From Bacillota bacterium (GTDB lineage Bacteria; Bacillota_I; Bacilli_A; RFN20; CAG-826): a DNA stretch of 64,000 nucleotides. The stretch is from the NCBI GenBank assembly GCA_030834445.1, contig JAURFC010000001.1:286963-350962 (forward strand), in the 5' to 3' direction. The notes beneath the pieces are model-generated. The model made no database searches. It had not been told where the DNA came from and was given only the letters and a program-made list of their open reading frames with translations. The stretch's first letter is position 1. Each line of letters opens with the position of its first letter. Shown here in pieces: positions 28,203-37,646 of the stretch. The position numbers and the translations under genes are program-made.

Positions 28203-29765
28203 TTATTTTGCGACTTCAACGGCACGGAATTCACGAATGACAGAAACTTTGATTTGTCCAGGATAGGTCATTTCATTTTCAATACGGTCTTTGATGTCAC
28301 GCGCTAATTTAAAAGTTGCCGCATCGTCGAGTTTGTCGGGGACGACCATGACACGAATTTCTCGACCTGATTGCATCGCATAACTTTGGGCAACCCCGTC
28401 ATAAGATTTACAAATGTTTTCTAAAGCTTCTAAACGTTTAATATACGTTTCTAACGTTTCAGAACGCGCACCAGGACGTGCTGCCGATAACGTATCTGCG
28501 GCAATCACTAAGTGCGAAATCACATACTTCACATCGGTATCACCGTGATGCGACTCAATCGCATTGATGACAACATCCGGTTCATTGTATTTTCGGGCAA
28601 AGCGTGCTCCGAGTTCAACGTGGCTTCCTTCCATTTCAAAATCAATGGCTTTCCCGACGTCATGGAGTAATCCTGCGCGTTTCGCCATATTTTGATCTAA
28701 CCCCATTTCGGCCGCCATAATACCACATAATTTCGCCACTTCAATCGAGTGATCATAAGCATTTTGACCATAGGATGTACGGTATTTTAAACGTCCCACA
28801 ATATCGAGTAATTCCGGATGAATATTGGCTAAACCAAGGCGGAATGCCGCTTCTTGCCCTGCTTTATGAATGACTTCGTTGAGTTCACCTTTGACCTTGG
28901 CAACAACTTCTTCTATGCGTGAAGGTTGAATGCGTCCATCTTTTAAAAGAATTTCTAAGGCTCGTTTTGCTGTTTCACGTCGAATCGGATCAAAACTCGA
29001 AACGGTAATAACTTCAGGTGTATCATCGATGATTAAATCCACCCCGAGAGCTTGTTCTAAGGTGCGAATGTTACGACCTTCTCGACCGATAATACGTCCT
29101 TTCATTTCATCACTAGGTAAGCTCACCACGGAAACGGTGCGTTCAGTAACAAAATCTTGAGCGTAACGATTAATCGTCATGCCAAGGACTTCATTGGCCA
29201 GTAAATTAGCTTGATCTTTAGCTTCTTCTTCACGATTTTTAATATAGGCTGCAATTTCATTGGCGAGTTTAGCTTCCACGCGTGCCATGATTTCCGCCTT
29301 GGCTTCTTGTTGTGAAAACGCAGATACTTTTTCTAACTCGTGAATAATCGAATCGAGCTTTAATTGAAGGACTTCTTCTTTTCGTTCAATTTCTTTGGTT
29401 CGCTTTTGGTTAAGTTCAATTTTTTCTTCGAGATTTTTTTCTTTTTGTAAAAGCGCTTGATCACGGCGATCAATACTTTGTTCACGTTGGAAAAGCTTGT
29501 TTTCATACTGCGTAACTTCTGCTTTTCGTTCTTTGATTTCTTTGTCGGCTTCTTGCTTCAATTCGTAGACCGTTTGTTTGGCGTCGAGTTGCGCATTTTT
29601 GGTAATATGGTCGGCTTTAATTTCAGCATCACGAATAATTTTGGTTGCTTTTTTATTGGCTTCCTTCGCGCGGAAAATAGGAAGAACATAATACAAAACA
29701 ATACCAAGGCCGATGCCGACGAGTAACGCCAGGACGACCAAAAGGATAACAATACCTGGTTCCAT
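28203..29765 (-). CDS. rny: Ribonuclease Y
   Basis: An N-terminal TM helix and coiled coil are followed by a KH domain ([15 protein letters not shown]) and an HD domain (LLHDVGKA). An AAAGGAGAC RBS lies 6 nt before the ATG at 29765. The protein is 520 aa. Confidence 0.95.
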   Translation of the reverse strand: MEPGIVILLVVLALLVGIGLGIVLYYVLPIFRAKEANKKATKIIRDAEIKADHITKNAQLDAKQTVYELKQEADKEIKERKAEVTQYENKLFQREQSIDRRDQALLQKEKNLEEKIELNQKRTKEIERKEEVLQLKLDSIIHELEKVSAFSQQEAKAEIMARVEAKLANEIAAYIKNREEEAKDQANLLANEVLGMTINRYAQDFVTERTVSVVSLPSDEMKGRIIGREGRNIRTLEQALGVDLIIDDTPEVITVSSFDPIRRETAKRALEILLKDGRIQPSRIEEVVAKVKGELNEVIHKAGQEAAFRLGLANIHPELLDIVGRLKYRTSYGQNAYDHSIEVAKLCGIMAAEMGLDQNMAKRAGLLHDVGKAIDFEMEGSHVELGARFARKYNEPDVVINAIESHHGDTDVKYVISHLVIAADTLSAARPGARSETLETYIKRLEALENICKSYDGVAQSYAMQSGREIRVMVVPDKLDDAATFKLARDIKDRIENEMTYPGQIKVSVIREFRAVEVAK

Positions 29766-29989
29766 GTGAGTCTCCTTTCTTAAAGCAATGATGGTGACTC
29801 GCCATCCTTGCGATGAATGATATATAAAAATCCGCACTAATATTCAAAAAGATGCAAGATTTCTTCTAAAAAGTGGTTTTTTAAGTAGGTTTCCCTATTT
29901 AGTGATTGGAATCGACTTTAAAGGTTCTATATATCAGTATCCGAAGATACACCCTTATCATAACAAACCTTCATGGATTTGACTATGAA

Positions 29990-30017
29990 AAAAGAGGATG
30001 ACGAGATCCTCTTTTTC
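29990..30017 (-). terminator. Rho-independent terminator downstream of recA
   Basis: The hairpin AAGAGGATGACGAGATCCTCTT is followed by a T-run on the minus strand. Confidence 0.7.
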
Positions 30018-30044
30018 AAAAGATGAGAATGGAAACGAATAAAA

Positions 30045-31049
30045 CTAAACAATTTCTCCGGTTTTAATTTGCTTTTCAAGCGCTTCTAATAGACTCGGAT
30101 TATTGAGTAAAAATTCCTTGGCATTATCACGGCCTTGGCCTAAACGGGTTCCGTTGAGGTCATACCACGAACCCATTTTCTTAACGATGCCCGCATCAGT
30201 GGCTAAATCGAGGATTTCACCCACTTTTGAAAAGCCTTGACCGTACATGAGTTCAATTTCACAGGCGGTAAAAGGGGGAGCAACTTTATTTTTAACGACT
30301 TTAATTTTTACTTTATTACCGACGACGACATCCCCATTTTTCAACGCTTCAGAGCGACGAATATCAATGCGAATTGAGGCGTAGAATTTTAAGGCACGGC
30401 CCCCAGACGTCACTTCAGGGTTTCCATAAGCGATACCTACTTTTTCCCGTAATTGGTTAATAAAAATAACGGTGCAGTTGGACTTATTTAAAACCCCTGC
30501 GAGTTTTCGCATGGCTTTGGACATTAAACGAGCTTGTAAACCAACTTGATTATCTGACATGACACCATCGAGTTCTGCTTGAGGGACTAATGCTGCAACC
30601 GAGTCGACAATAATTAAATCAATGGCATTCGAGTGGGCAAGCATTTCTACGATTTCTAGTGCTTGTTCACCATTATCGGGTTGCGACAAAATGAGTTCAT
30701 CAATGTTGACGCCTAATTTTTTGGCATAAACCGGATCAATGGCGTGTTCTGCATCCACAAACGCAGCACGACCGCCTCCGCGTTGAGCTTCTGCAATCGC
30801 AGAAAGCGCTAACGTTGTTTTCCCAGAAGATTCAGGACCATAAATTTCAACGATACGACCTTTCGGATAACCGCCAACCCCTAAGGCAATATCGAGTGAA
30901 ATTGATCCCGTCGGTATGGTATCAACCGTTACTTCAGGGCGTTCCCCTAACTTCATAACAGCCCCTTTACCAAAGGTTTTTTCAATATTTTTTAACGCTT
31001 CTTCTAACGCAACATCACGCTTTTCTTTGTTATCAATGTCTCTAGCCAT
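30045..31049 (-). CDS. recA: Recombinase A
   Basis: The Walker A is GPESSGKTT and [14 protein letters not shown] is present. An AAGGAG RBS lies 6 nt before the ATG at 31049. The protein is 334 aa. Confidence 0.95.
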   Translation of the reverse strand: MARDIDNKEKRDVALEEALKNIEKTFGKGAVMKLGERPEVTVDTIPTGSISLDIALGVGGYPKGRIVEIYGPESSGKTTLALSAIAEAQRGGGRAAFVDAEHAIDPVYAKKLGVNIDELILSQPDNGEQALEIVEMLAHSNAIDLIIVDSVAALVPQAELDGVMSDNQVGLQARLMSKAMRKLAGVLNKSNCTVIFINQLREKVGIAYGNPEVTSGGRALKFYASIRIDIRRSEALKNGDVVVGNKVKIKVVKNKVAPPFTACEIELMYGQGFSKVGEILDLATDAGIVKKMGSWYDLNGTRLGQGRDNAKEFLLNNPSLLEALEKQIKTGEIV

Positions 31050-31098
31050 ATTTTTCTCCTTCAATGCCCTTTATTTTATCAAATATAACGGCAATTAC

Positions 31099-31566
31099 CT
31101 AATAATAGGTTCGCAAAAATTCATTTAGTAATTCCCACATTTTCTCAACACATTGATGGCGAATTTCTTGACGTGTTCCATGCAGCTGAAATCCTTTAAT
31201 AAGTTGCTGTTTTTCATGGCCAACACCAAGAAAAACGTCCCCTACTTGGGAATATATTTCTGCAGTAGGTCCTGCAGATCCTGTTGAAACAATGACGATA
31301 TTCGTTTGAAGAAACTTCTGGCCTTTGATGATCATTTCTTTAGCGAAGGCGTCGTTAACAACACCGGTAGAATTCATCACGGTTGAATCGAATCCAAGCC
31401 ATGAACGTTTCGCTTCACGTTGATACGGAATAATGCCACCTTTAAACCATCCAGATGCACCTTCAAGTGATACTAATGCATCCGCTAACAACCCCCCTGT
31501 GACGCTTTCCACGGTCCCAAGCGTTAATGCATATTTTTGCAGAATTTTAATGAAGGGATGGCTCAC
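31099..31566 (-). CDS. cinA: CinA C-terminal-domain protein (nicotinamide-nucleotide amidohydrolase PncC-like)
   Basis: LGTVESVTGGLLADAL is the CinA_C signature. Only the C-terminal domain is present (155 aa); there is no N-terminal MoCF-binding domain. Confidence 0.8.
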   Translation of the reverse strand: MSHPFIKILQKYALTLGTVESVTGGLLADALVSLEGASGWFKGGIIPYQREAKRSWLGFDSTVMNSTGVVNDAFAKEMIIKGQKFLQTNIVIVSTGSAGPTAEIYSQVGDVFLGVGHEKQQLIKGFQLHGTRQEIRHQCVEKMWELLNEFLRTYY

Positions 31567-32174
31567 GCGGAAAATACTTTCTTATTTTGAACGAGATAGA
31601 TGACAAAGGAAACGAGTGACATCAACGTGGTGAGATAAATCATCACCTCGGTAAGGTTAATGGAAATCCAAGTATCGAACCAGGCAAAAGGTGCGTTATT
31701 CACCAAAACGAGGGGAATCATGAACATTTGCATAAAGGTTTTTATTTTTCCGTAAATATTCGCCGATAAAACAATATTTTTCGACATCGCTAACGTTCGT
31801 AATGCATCCATGAGTAAGTCTCGGCTAATCATGATGATGACCAGTAAGAGCGGGATACGAATCATCGATGGAGGTAACCAAGCAAACGGAAAGGTTAACG
31901 CAAGCATGGTCGCATTCGTTAAAACCTTGTCGGCAATTGAATCTAAAAATGTACCTAAGACTGTAACTTGCTGAAGCTTACGCGCTAAATAGCCATCCAA
32001 AAAATCGGTGATGGAAGCGATGATAAAAAGCAGGATAATCCATCCGTAGACTACTGGAAGAGATTGATCTAGTAACGTCAACGATGGCATCGCATCATAT
32101 GGATAAAAAAACAAACCAATGATGATTATCACGAGGCCAAGACGAAGGGTAGTTAACCATGTCGGAATGTTCAT
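31563..32174 (-). CDS. pgsA: CDP-diacylglycerol--glycerol-3-phosphate 3-phosphatidyltransferase
   Basis: The CDP-alcohol phosphatidyltransferase motif is DFLDGYLARKLQQVTVLGTFLDSIADK. The protein has multiple TM helices and is 203 aa. Confidence 0.85.
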   Translation of the reverse strand: MNIPTWLTTLRLGLVIIIIGLFFYPYDAMPSLTLLDQSLPVVYGWIILLFIIASITDFLDGYLARKLQQVTVLGTFLDSIADKVLTNATMLALTFPFAWLPPSMIRIPLLLVIIMISRDLLMDALRTLAMSKNIVLSANIYGKIKTFMQMFMIPLVLVNNAPFAWFDTWISINLTEVMIYLTTLMSLVSFVIYLVQNKKVFSA

Positions 32175-32187
32175 ATTGCTTTTTTGT

Positions 32188-32522
32188 TTGTAACCCTGTA
32201 AGCCATGTTCTGTAATCGATGATCATTTGTCTCTATCAAAGATAGGAAGGTTTGACTTCGTTTCATCATTCCTCCTGCCCCTACCAAATTTGGGTTTCTC
32301 GCTTGTGGGGTTTACCGCGTTTCACCTAGACATTTCTATCTAGTATCGTCACTGTGGCACGTTATGGTTGAATCCAACCCGAAGGTAAGGATTCGTTCCG
32401 CCGTCATATGTTGCCATATGCCTAACGTTATTTATTCCGTTAGCGCAATCACTACGAGCATCACAGCTCGTGCGAGCATGGACTTTCCTCTAGTTTGCAC
32501 TAGCGATCATCCGGGTTACGAT
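32188..32522 (-). ncRNA. rnpB: RNase P RNA, Bacillus type (type B)
   Basis: The minus-strand sequence contains AGAGGAAAGTCCATGCTCGCAC (P4 5' strand), GTGCCACAGTGACGA, ACGCGGTAAACCCC, AGCGAGAAACCCAAATTTGGTAGGGG and ACAGAACATGGCTTACAG (P4 3' strand). These are near-identical to conserved blocks of B. subtilis rnpB. P1 is GTAACCC/GGGTTAC and the ends are approximate to about 5 nt. Confidence 0.9.
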
Positions 32523-32524
32523 TT

Positions 32525-32890
32525 CTATTTTATCTTATTTGGATCAATTCCGAGTTTATAAAGTTCTTTTTCGAGCAAACCAATACGGCGATAGAGATTA
32601 AAGTTGTCTTGATTAATTTCCACCGTTTTATTTTTATCAATCACGGACGCTTTTTCTTTGAGCTCAGCGTGTTCCATTTCTAAGGCGTGAAAGCGTTCTT
32701 TAAGTTTTTCTAATTGCACTTTGACGTCCTTGAGTTCAGGAAGAGACTGGGATAAAAACGTTTCAATCCGTTCATAGTCTTCACAAATTTCATCTAAAAA
32801 ACGATCGACCTCTAAGGCGTCATAGCCTTTGACGTCCGCTTTAAAGCGTTTTTGGAGAATACTTTGCTTGGTTAACTTTTTTTCTAGCAT
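32525..32890 (-). CDS. gpsB: Cell-cycle protein GpsB (DivIVA-domain)
   Basis: The DivIVA N-domain motif is KLTKQSILQKRFKADVKGYDALEVDRFLDEI, with a coiled coil and a C-terminal oligomerisation region. It is adjacent to rnpB as in B. subtilis. The start is taken at the internal ATG (MLEKKL); the ORF-track start is a TTG. Confidence 0.7.
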   Translation of the reverse strand: MLEKKLTKQSILQKRFKADVKGYDALEVDRFLDEICEDYERIETFLSQSLPELKDVKVQLEKLKERFHALEMEHAELKEKASVIDKNKTVEINQDNFNLYRRIGLLEKELYKLGIDPNKIK

Positions 32891-32941
32891 GGATGAATAA
32901 ATTATATAATAATTAGGTCCAAGCAAACCGCCAAATTCATT

Positions 32942-33667
32942 ATGAAAAAATTAGCACACCTTTTAAAAGGAAAAAAACATTTAGTCTTCATTGATTTTGA
33001 AGGTACACAACTTTCTCATGAAATGATTGCTTTTGGTGCCATTAAAGTCGATCTCAATGAGGATTTTTCTATTAAGAAAAAATATAAAGGTATTTATAAA
33101 CTCGTTCGCCCCAAAAAACCAATCGGAGACTTTGTCACTAAACTCACTAATATTACTGAAATTGATGTTTTTGATAAAGGAGTTCCTTACAAAAAAGCAC
33201 TCGCAATTTTACGGCAATATATTGGTAGAACGTTTAAAAAAAGTAAATTTATTTTCTTTGGAAATCATGATGTACGCATCCTTCATCAGTCCTTATTACA
33301 TTCTCCTGATGCTGATAAAGAGACCCAATCGTATCTCGTGCAAGAAAGTCTCGATTTTTCTCAATTTTTAGCCGAATTTATCCGTGATGAAAAAGGCAAT
33401 CCTCTTTCCTTAGTTAATAACCTACTTTACTTTGATCACGCTTTTCAAGGCATGGCTCATAACGCCCTTGATGATGCTAAAAATCTCATGCACTTATACC
33501 ATCTTGTGTTAACCAAAAAAGAAAAATTATTTGAAGGTTACCTCCGTGTACTTAAACACCAAAAACATCTTCCTTATCCGATGAAAAAACTCCTTCACCT
33601 TTTAGAACAAGGCCAGACTGTCAATCACGAACAATTCATTAGGCTCATTAAGGATTATTTAGCATGA
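32942..33667 (+). CDS. DEDDh (DnaQ-like) 3'-5' exonuclease
   Basis: Exo I is VFIDFEGTQ (D..E) and Exo III is HNALDDAKNL (H....D). The 241-aa gene shares the ATGA overlap with the recU start. Confidence 0.65.
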   Translation: MKKLAHLLKGKKHLVFIDFEGTQLSHEMIAFGAIKVDLNEDFSIKKKYKGIYKLVRPKKPIGDFVTKLTNITEIDVFDKGVPYKKALAILRQYIGRTFKKSKFIFFGNHDVRILHQSLLHSPDADKETQSYLVQESLDFSQFLAEFIRDEKGNPLSLVNNLLYFDHAFQGMAHNALDDAKNLMHLYHLVLTKKEKLFEGYLRVLKHQKHLPYPMKKLLHLLEQGQTVNHEQFIRLIKDYLA

Positions 33668-34248
33668 TTCAATATCCCAAAGGCATTAAAAAACCTGTAA
33701 AATCAACCCGAAAAAAAGTCGATCAACTCGTCACGAATTCGTATAAAAACCGTGGGCTGTCTTTTGAACAAGAAATTAATGCAAGTAATGCGTATTACCG
33801 GGAAGTCAATCGCGCCATCATCACAAAGCGACCCACCCCGATTAATGTGGTGAAAGTCGATTATGCACATGGGGCTAAAATTACCCATGCGTATTTTGAA
33901 AAACAATCGACCACGGACTATAACGGCATTTATCAAGGCCGTTATGTTGACTTCGAGGCGAAATCAACCCAATCTAGCACTTCCTTCCCTCTTGCCAATA
34001 TTACCTCCCATCAAATGGCACATCTTCAAGCGATTATCGATTACGGAGGTCTTGCCTTCTTTTTAATTCACTTTGTCCGCAAAGATGAAGTGTATGTCGT
34101 CAAAGCAGAACATATTCTTTGGCATAAAGTCACTCAAAAACGGCAATCGATTCCTTATTCATTTATTCAAGAAAAAGGCGAAAGAGTTACCCTCGATCTC
34201 CAGCCCCGTTTACGGTATCTTGATGCCGTTGATCGTTTATTTTTTTAA
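33664..34248 (+). CDS. recU: Holliday-junction resolvase RecU
   Basis: GLSFEQEINASNAYY...VDYAHG...YVDFEAKST are RecU catalytic-core motifs (D..E.K). The protein is 194 aa. Confidence 0.85.
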   Translation: MIQYPKGIKKPVKSTRKKVDQLVTNSYKNRGLSFEQEINASNAYYREVNRAIITKRPTPINVVKVDYAHGAKITHAYFEKQSTTDYNGIYQGRYVDFEAKSTQSSTSFPLANITSHQMAHLQAIIDYGGLAFFLIHFVRKDEVYVVKAEHILWHKVTQKRQSIPYSFIQEKGERVTLDLQPRLRYLDAVDRLFF

Positions 34249-34880
34249 AGATTTTTATTTTTTTCTTTGCAAAGATCGACTATCGGACAGGCTGAGCACA
34301 TTGGTTTTTTTGCGGTGCAACGATAACGACCAAAGTGAATCAATTGATGATGAAATAAAATGTAACGTTCGGGGGGAAGCGCTTTACGAAGTTTTTTTTC
34401 TGTGACAAGAACATCGTCTTTTCTTTGACGAAAACCAAGGCGATAGGCCAAGCGATGAACATGGGTATCCACAGCAATTTCAGGGATTCGAAAAAGTTCA
34501 GCGCGCACGACATTGGCTGTTTTAATGCCGACACCAGGTAGCGCAGTTAATGCGGCTTTATCCGAAGGAACGCGTCCTTCATGCAACGTTAAAAGTTGCT
34601 GCGCAATTGCTTTAACATGGTGAGCTTTCGTTCGATAAAGACCAATGGTTTGAATGACGGATTCAATTGCAGATAGCGGGGCATCCGCCAAGGCTGCTAA
34701 TGAAGGAAAACATTCAAACAATACGGGTGTCACTTTATTCACCGCTTGATCGGTTGTTTGTGCGGATAAGACCACAGCGATTAAAAGTTCGTAATCTTTG
34801 CGATAAAGTAACTCACAACCCACATGAGGATAATGAGTATCAAGGAACGTGAGGATTCTATTTTTTGTCGGAAGATCCAT
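34245..34880 (-). CDS. nth: Endonuclease III (DNA glycosylase/AP lyase)
   Basis: The HhH-GPD element is LPGVGIKTANVV...VDTHV and the [4Fe-4S] cluster loop is CTAKKPMCSACPIVDLC. The protein is 211 aa. Confidence 0.9.
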   Translation of the reverse strand: MDLPTKNRILTFLDTHYPHVGCELLYRKDYELLIAVVLSAQTTDQAVNKVTPVLFECFPSLAALADAPLSAIESVIQTIGLYRTKAHHVKAIAQQLLTLHEGRVPSDKAALTALPGVGIKTANVVRAELFRIPEIAVDTHVHRLAYRLGFRQRKDDVLVTEKKLRKALPPERYILFHHQLIHFGRYRCTAKKPMCSACPIVDLCKEKNKNL

Positions 34881-35505
34881 CGTGGGTAAATAAGTCCATA
34901 TCCGATTGAACGGAACGATGGTCTTGGGAGGGACCGGGTGTCCCTTCGCGTTGAATATTTTCGCGAATCGTCAGTTTTTGAAGGAGCTTATCCATATGAC
35001 GAATCGACTTTTTATGCGCATAGACACTTTCATTTAACACGTCCAAAATCATCGCTTCGGTGTAGCCAAAATTGAGCCAATCACGAATGCGGGATACTTC
35101 GAGTGGGGAAAGGGTTCTTAAAAACGCTTTTTCAATGGCCTGAAAGATGTTCTTACCTTGTTCAAGATTCACTTCTTGGGTTTGGCGAATCATTTGTTGC
35201 TGAAATTGTTTGTGCAATAAATGTTTAATCGGACGAATCGAGGTAATGGTTTTTCCTTGTTCATGCACGTATTCAATTAAGTTTTTATCCAAAAGTTTGA
35301 CGAGAATCGCATCGATATCTGCTAATGGTAATTTCATTTTTAAAGAGAGTAATTCGGGCGTAATGAATGCATTTTCTTGACGAAGAAGTTGATCCATCAT
35401 TAACAAGACCATCACAAAAGGTTCATCAAAACCTAAATTTTTATAATGTTCCAACAAAAGGGAACGAAAATCAACGGCATCAAATAAGGGATCCATTGGC
35501 GTCAT
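34858..35505 (-). CDS. dnaD: Replication initiation/membrane attachment protein DnaD
   Basis: The N-terminal winged-helix region is followed by the C-terminal DnaD-like domain YTEAMILDVLNESVYAHKKSIRHMDKLLQK. The start is the ATG at 35505, which overlaps the upstream gene's stop as TAATG. The ORF-track TTG lies 18 nt upstream. Confidence 0.75.
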   Translation of the reverse strand: MTPMDPLFDAVDFRSLLLEHYKNLGFDEPFVMVLLMMDQLLRQENAFITPELLSLKMKLPLADIDAILVKLLDKNLIEYVHEQGKTITSIRPIKHLLHKQFQQQMIRQTQEVNLEQGKNIFQAIEKAFLRTLSPLEVSRIRDWLNFGYTEAMILDVLNESVYAHKKSIRHMDKLLQKLTIRENIQREGTPGPSQDHRSVQSDMDLFTHDGSSDKK

Positions 35506-36215
35506 TATAACATGTCCCCCCAACGCAACAGGCCAAACGCATAAAGTTCTTCGCGCCCTAAGGGCCGATCGATAAACGGTATCTTTTTGATTTCTTGAAT
35601 TACTTTTTGTTCGTTGAGGCGCTCGATAAATCCAAGATTATCTTGAATCGCTTGTTTTAAGGTGGGTTCATAGCTAAAACCTAATGTGACTTTAAAACGA
35701 ATGGCCCGCACGATGCGTAAAGGATCTTCTTGAAAGCGAAGGTTGGGTTCGCCTATCATTCGAATGATTTTCTTTTCTAAGTCCGCAATTCCCCCTACAA
35801 AGTCTAAAACATCACCTTGGGAATTGATGTAGAGTGCATTCATCGTAAAGTCACGGCGCGTCACATCACGCTCAGGATCACGAATAAAGAAAAGCTGACC
35901 GGGATGACGCGCATCAAGGTAAGAACTTTCCACACGTAAGGTTGTAATATCAAATTTTCGATCTAGATGATAAACACTAACATGTCCATAATGCGCAAAT
36001 CGGTCATTCGCATCATAAAGAAACGTTAGCATCTCACTGGGGAGTGCATCTGTGGCACAATCAAATTCTTGAAAAGATCGTTTTAAGAGATAATCGCGAG
36101 CGGACCCCCCTGTCATCCAAAGATGAAAACCATGTTTTTCAAATTCTCGAGCAAGGGAATAAAAGGCGTCAAGGTTCATGAAAAGATTATATAAGAGTTT
36201 GTTTTTAATAAGCAA
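35505..36215 (-). CDS. Class II nucleotidyltransferase, CCA-adding/poly(A) polymerase family, head+neck only (truncated relative to canonical CCA enzymes)
   Basis: The head motifs are WMTGGSARDYLL and QEFDCATDA, and the neck motif is RIVRAIRF. The protein is only 236 aa and has no body/tail or HD domain. An alternative ATG at 36179 would give 224 aa. Confidence 0.6.
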   Translation of the reverse strand: MLIKNKLLYNLFMNLDAFYSLAREFEKHGFHLWMTGGSARDYLLKRSFQEFDCATDALPSEMLTFLYDANDRFAHYGHVSVYHLDRKFDITTLRVESSYLDARHPGQLFFIRDPERDVTRRDFTMNALYINSQGDVLDFVGGIADLEKKIIRMIGEPNLRFQEDPLRIVRAIRFKVTLGFSYEPTLKQAIQDNLGFIERLNEQKVIQEIKKIPFIDRPLGREELYAFGLLRWGDML

Positions 36216-36252
36216 TAAAAAAAGGGATATTCCTCAAAACATCCCTTTTTTA
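36216..36252 (-). terminator. Rho-independent terminator downstream of hup
   Basis: The hairpin AAGGGATATTCCTCAAAACATCCCTT is followed by a T-run on the minus strand. Confidence 0.6.
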
Positions 36253-36261
36253 AATGGCCTA

Positions 36262-36534
36262 TTAGCGAACTTCTTCTTTTAAGTTCTTAGAGGCTTTAAA
36301 TCCAACGACTTTCGTAGCCTTGATTTGGATTTTTTGAGTCGTTCCAGGTTTGACACCGGTACGCGCTTTACGTTGACGGACAGAGAAGGCACCAAAACCT
36401 GCTAATTTCACAGGGTTACCTTTCGCTAAGCTTCCTTTGATCGCACCAAGGACGGCTTCAAGACCGGCTTCAGCATCTTTCTTAGAAACTTTGGCAGCTT
36501 TGGCAAGAACTTCAACAAGATCTACTTTGTTCAT
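36262..36534 (-). CDS. hup: DNA-binding protein HU
   Basis: MNKVDLVEVLAKAAKVSKKDAEAGLEAV...GFGAFSVRQRKARTGVKPGT reads as an HU protein. An AGGAGG RBS is present and the protein is 90 aa. Confidence 0.95.
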   Translation of the reverse strand: MNKVDLVEVLAKAAKVSKKDAEAGLEAVLGAIKGSLAKGNPVKLAGFGAFSVRQRKARTGVKPGTTQKIQIKATKVVGFKASKNLKEEVR

Positions 36535-36647
36535 GTTATTTCCTCCTAGATCTTTATGTGCTTAAAGTAGCACGGCAACGCAAATTTTACAATATAATTT
36601 GTATTATTTACTTATAAATTTATATAAAGTTATTATAAAATTGGATT

Positions 36648-37646
36648 TTATTCGACTTTAAGGGGTCTATTCATTAAAAACTTGACCATATCGGACGGTT
36701 TCTTTCCTTCATATAAAACTGCATAAACTGCTTCAATAATCGGTAAGTGAAGTTTATGTTTAACCGCTAAATCGCGAGCAACCTTTGCAAAAGGGATGCC
36801 TTCAATGGTGCGTTGGTTATTTTTTAAAAACGTGGTCGCCGTATTATCACGTCCGATGATGATACCCGCTTGATAATTACGGGAATGAAACGAGTAGGAG
36901 GTCACAATCATATCCCCTAATCCTGTTAAACCCGTATGGGTTTTTAATTTCCCCCCGAGCGCTTTCCCTAACCGCATGAGTTCCGTTAACCCTCGGGTTA
37001 CTAAAGCGGCCCGGGCGTTATCTCCTAAACCGAGTCCGGTAATAACACCGGAGGCAATCGCAATCACATTTTTCATCGCCGCCCCAACTTCGGCTCCAAT
37101 TTCATCTTTCTGGACGTAAACCCGGAAAACCGAATTGGCAAATAAATTGGCTACATCTTGCGCATGCGCAACGCGTTGACTCGTCGCTGAGATTAAAGTG
37201 AGTTGGCGTTGAATCACTTCTTCAGCATGAGAAGGACCGAGTAACGAGACAATGCCTTTTAAATATTTTCGGGGAACGGCATGACGAATGACATCGGAGA
37301 ATCGTTGTTTACTTGTACCATCAAACCCTTTGGTTGTATTGATAACGTAAACTTTTCGCTGTAATAACGGAACAATGTTAGAAAGTAACGTTGTTACGGC
37401 ATGGGAAGGAACGGCAATGAGTAAGTAATCTGAAAAAGCAACGCCTTCCTCAATGGATAAAGTTGCTTTGACAGCCGTATCCATGACCACATCAGTGGCA
37501 AAATATTTGGAGTTCGTATGGCGGGTATTTAATTCATCAATCTGCGTGGCATCTTTACCCACCAAGAGAACCTCATGGTGATTATCGGTTAAGACACAAG
37601 CGAGTGCCATCGCCCACGTTCCTGTTCCAAAAATGGTAATGTTCAT
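36648..37646 (-). CDS. gpsA: Glycerol-3-phosphate dehydrogenase [NAD(P)+]
   Basis: The Rossmann N-terminus is MNITIFGTGTWAMALA. The 332-aa protein has a GpsA C-terminal domain. Confidence 0.9.
   Translation of the reverse strand: MNITIFGTGTWAMALACVLTDNHHEVLLVGKDATQIDELNTRHTNSKYFATDVVMDTAVKATLSIEEGVAFSDYLLIAVPSHAVTTLLSNIVPLLQRKVYVINTTKGFDGTSKQRFSDVIRHAVPRKYLKGIVSLLGPSHAEEVIQRQLTLISATSQRVAHAQDVANLFANSVFRVYVQKDEIGAEVGAAMKNVIAIASGVITGLGLGDNARAALVTRGLTELMRLGKALGGKLKTHTGLTGLGDMIVTSYSFHSRNYQAGIIIGRDNTATTFLKNNQRTIEGIPFAKVARDLAVKHKLHLPIIEAVYAVLYEGKKPSDMVKFLMNRPLKVE

Noticed and set aside
32364-32561. 65-aa plus-strand ORF from the ORF track
   Set aside because: It lies entirely within the minus-strand RNase P RNA gene (rnpB), so it is a spurious ORF.
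33027-33371. 114-aa plus-strand ORF
   Set aside because: It is in an alternative frame inside the DEDDh exonuclease gene and is not supported.
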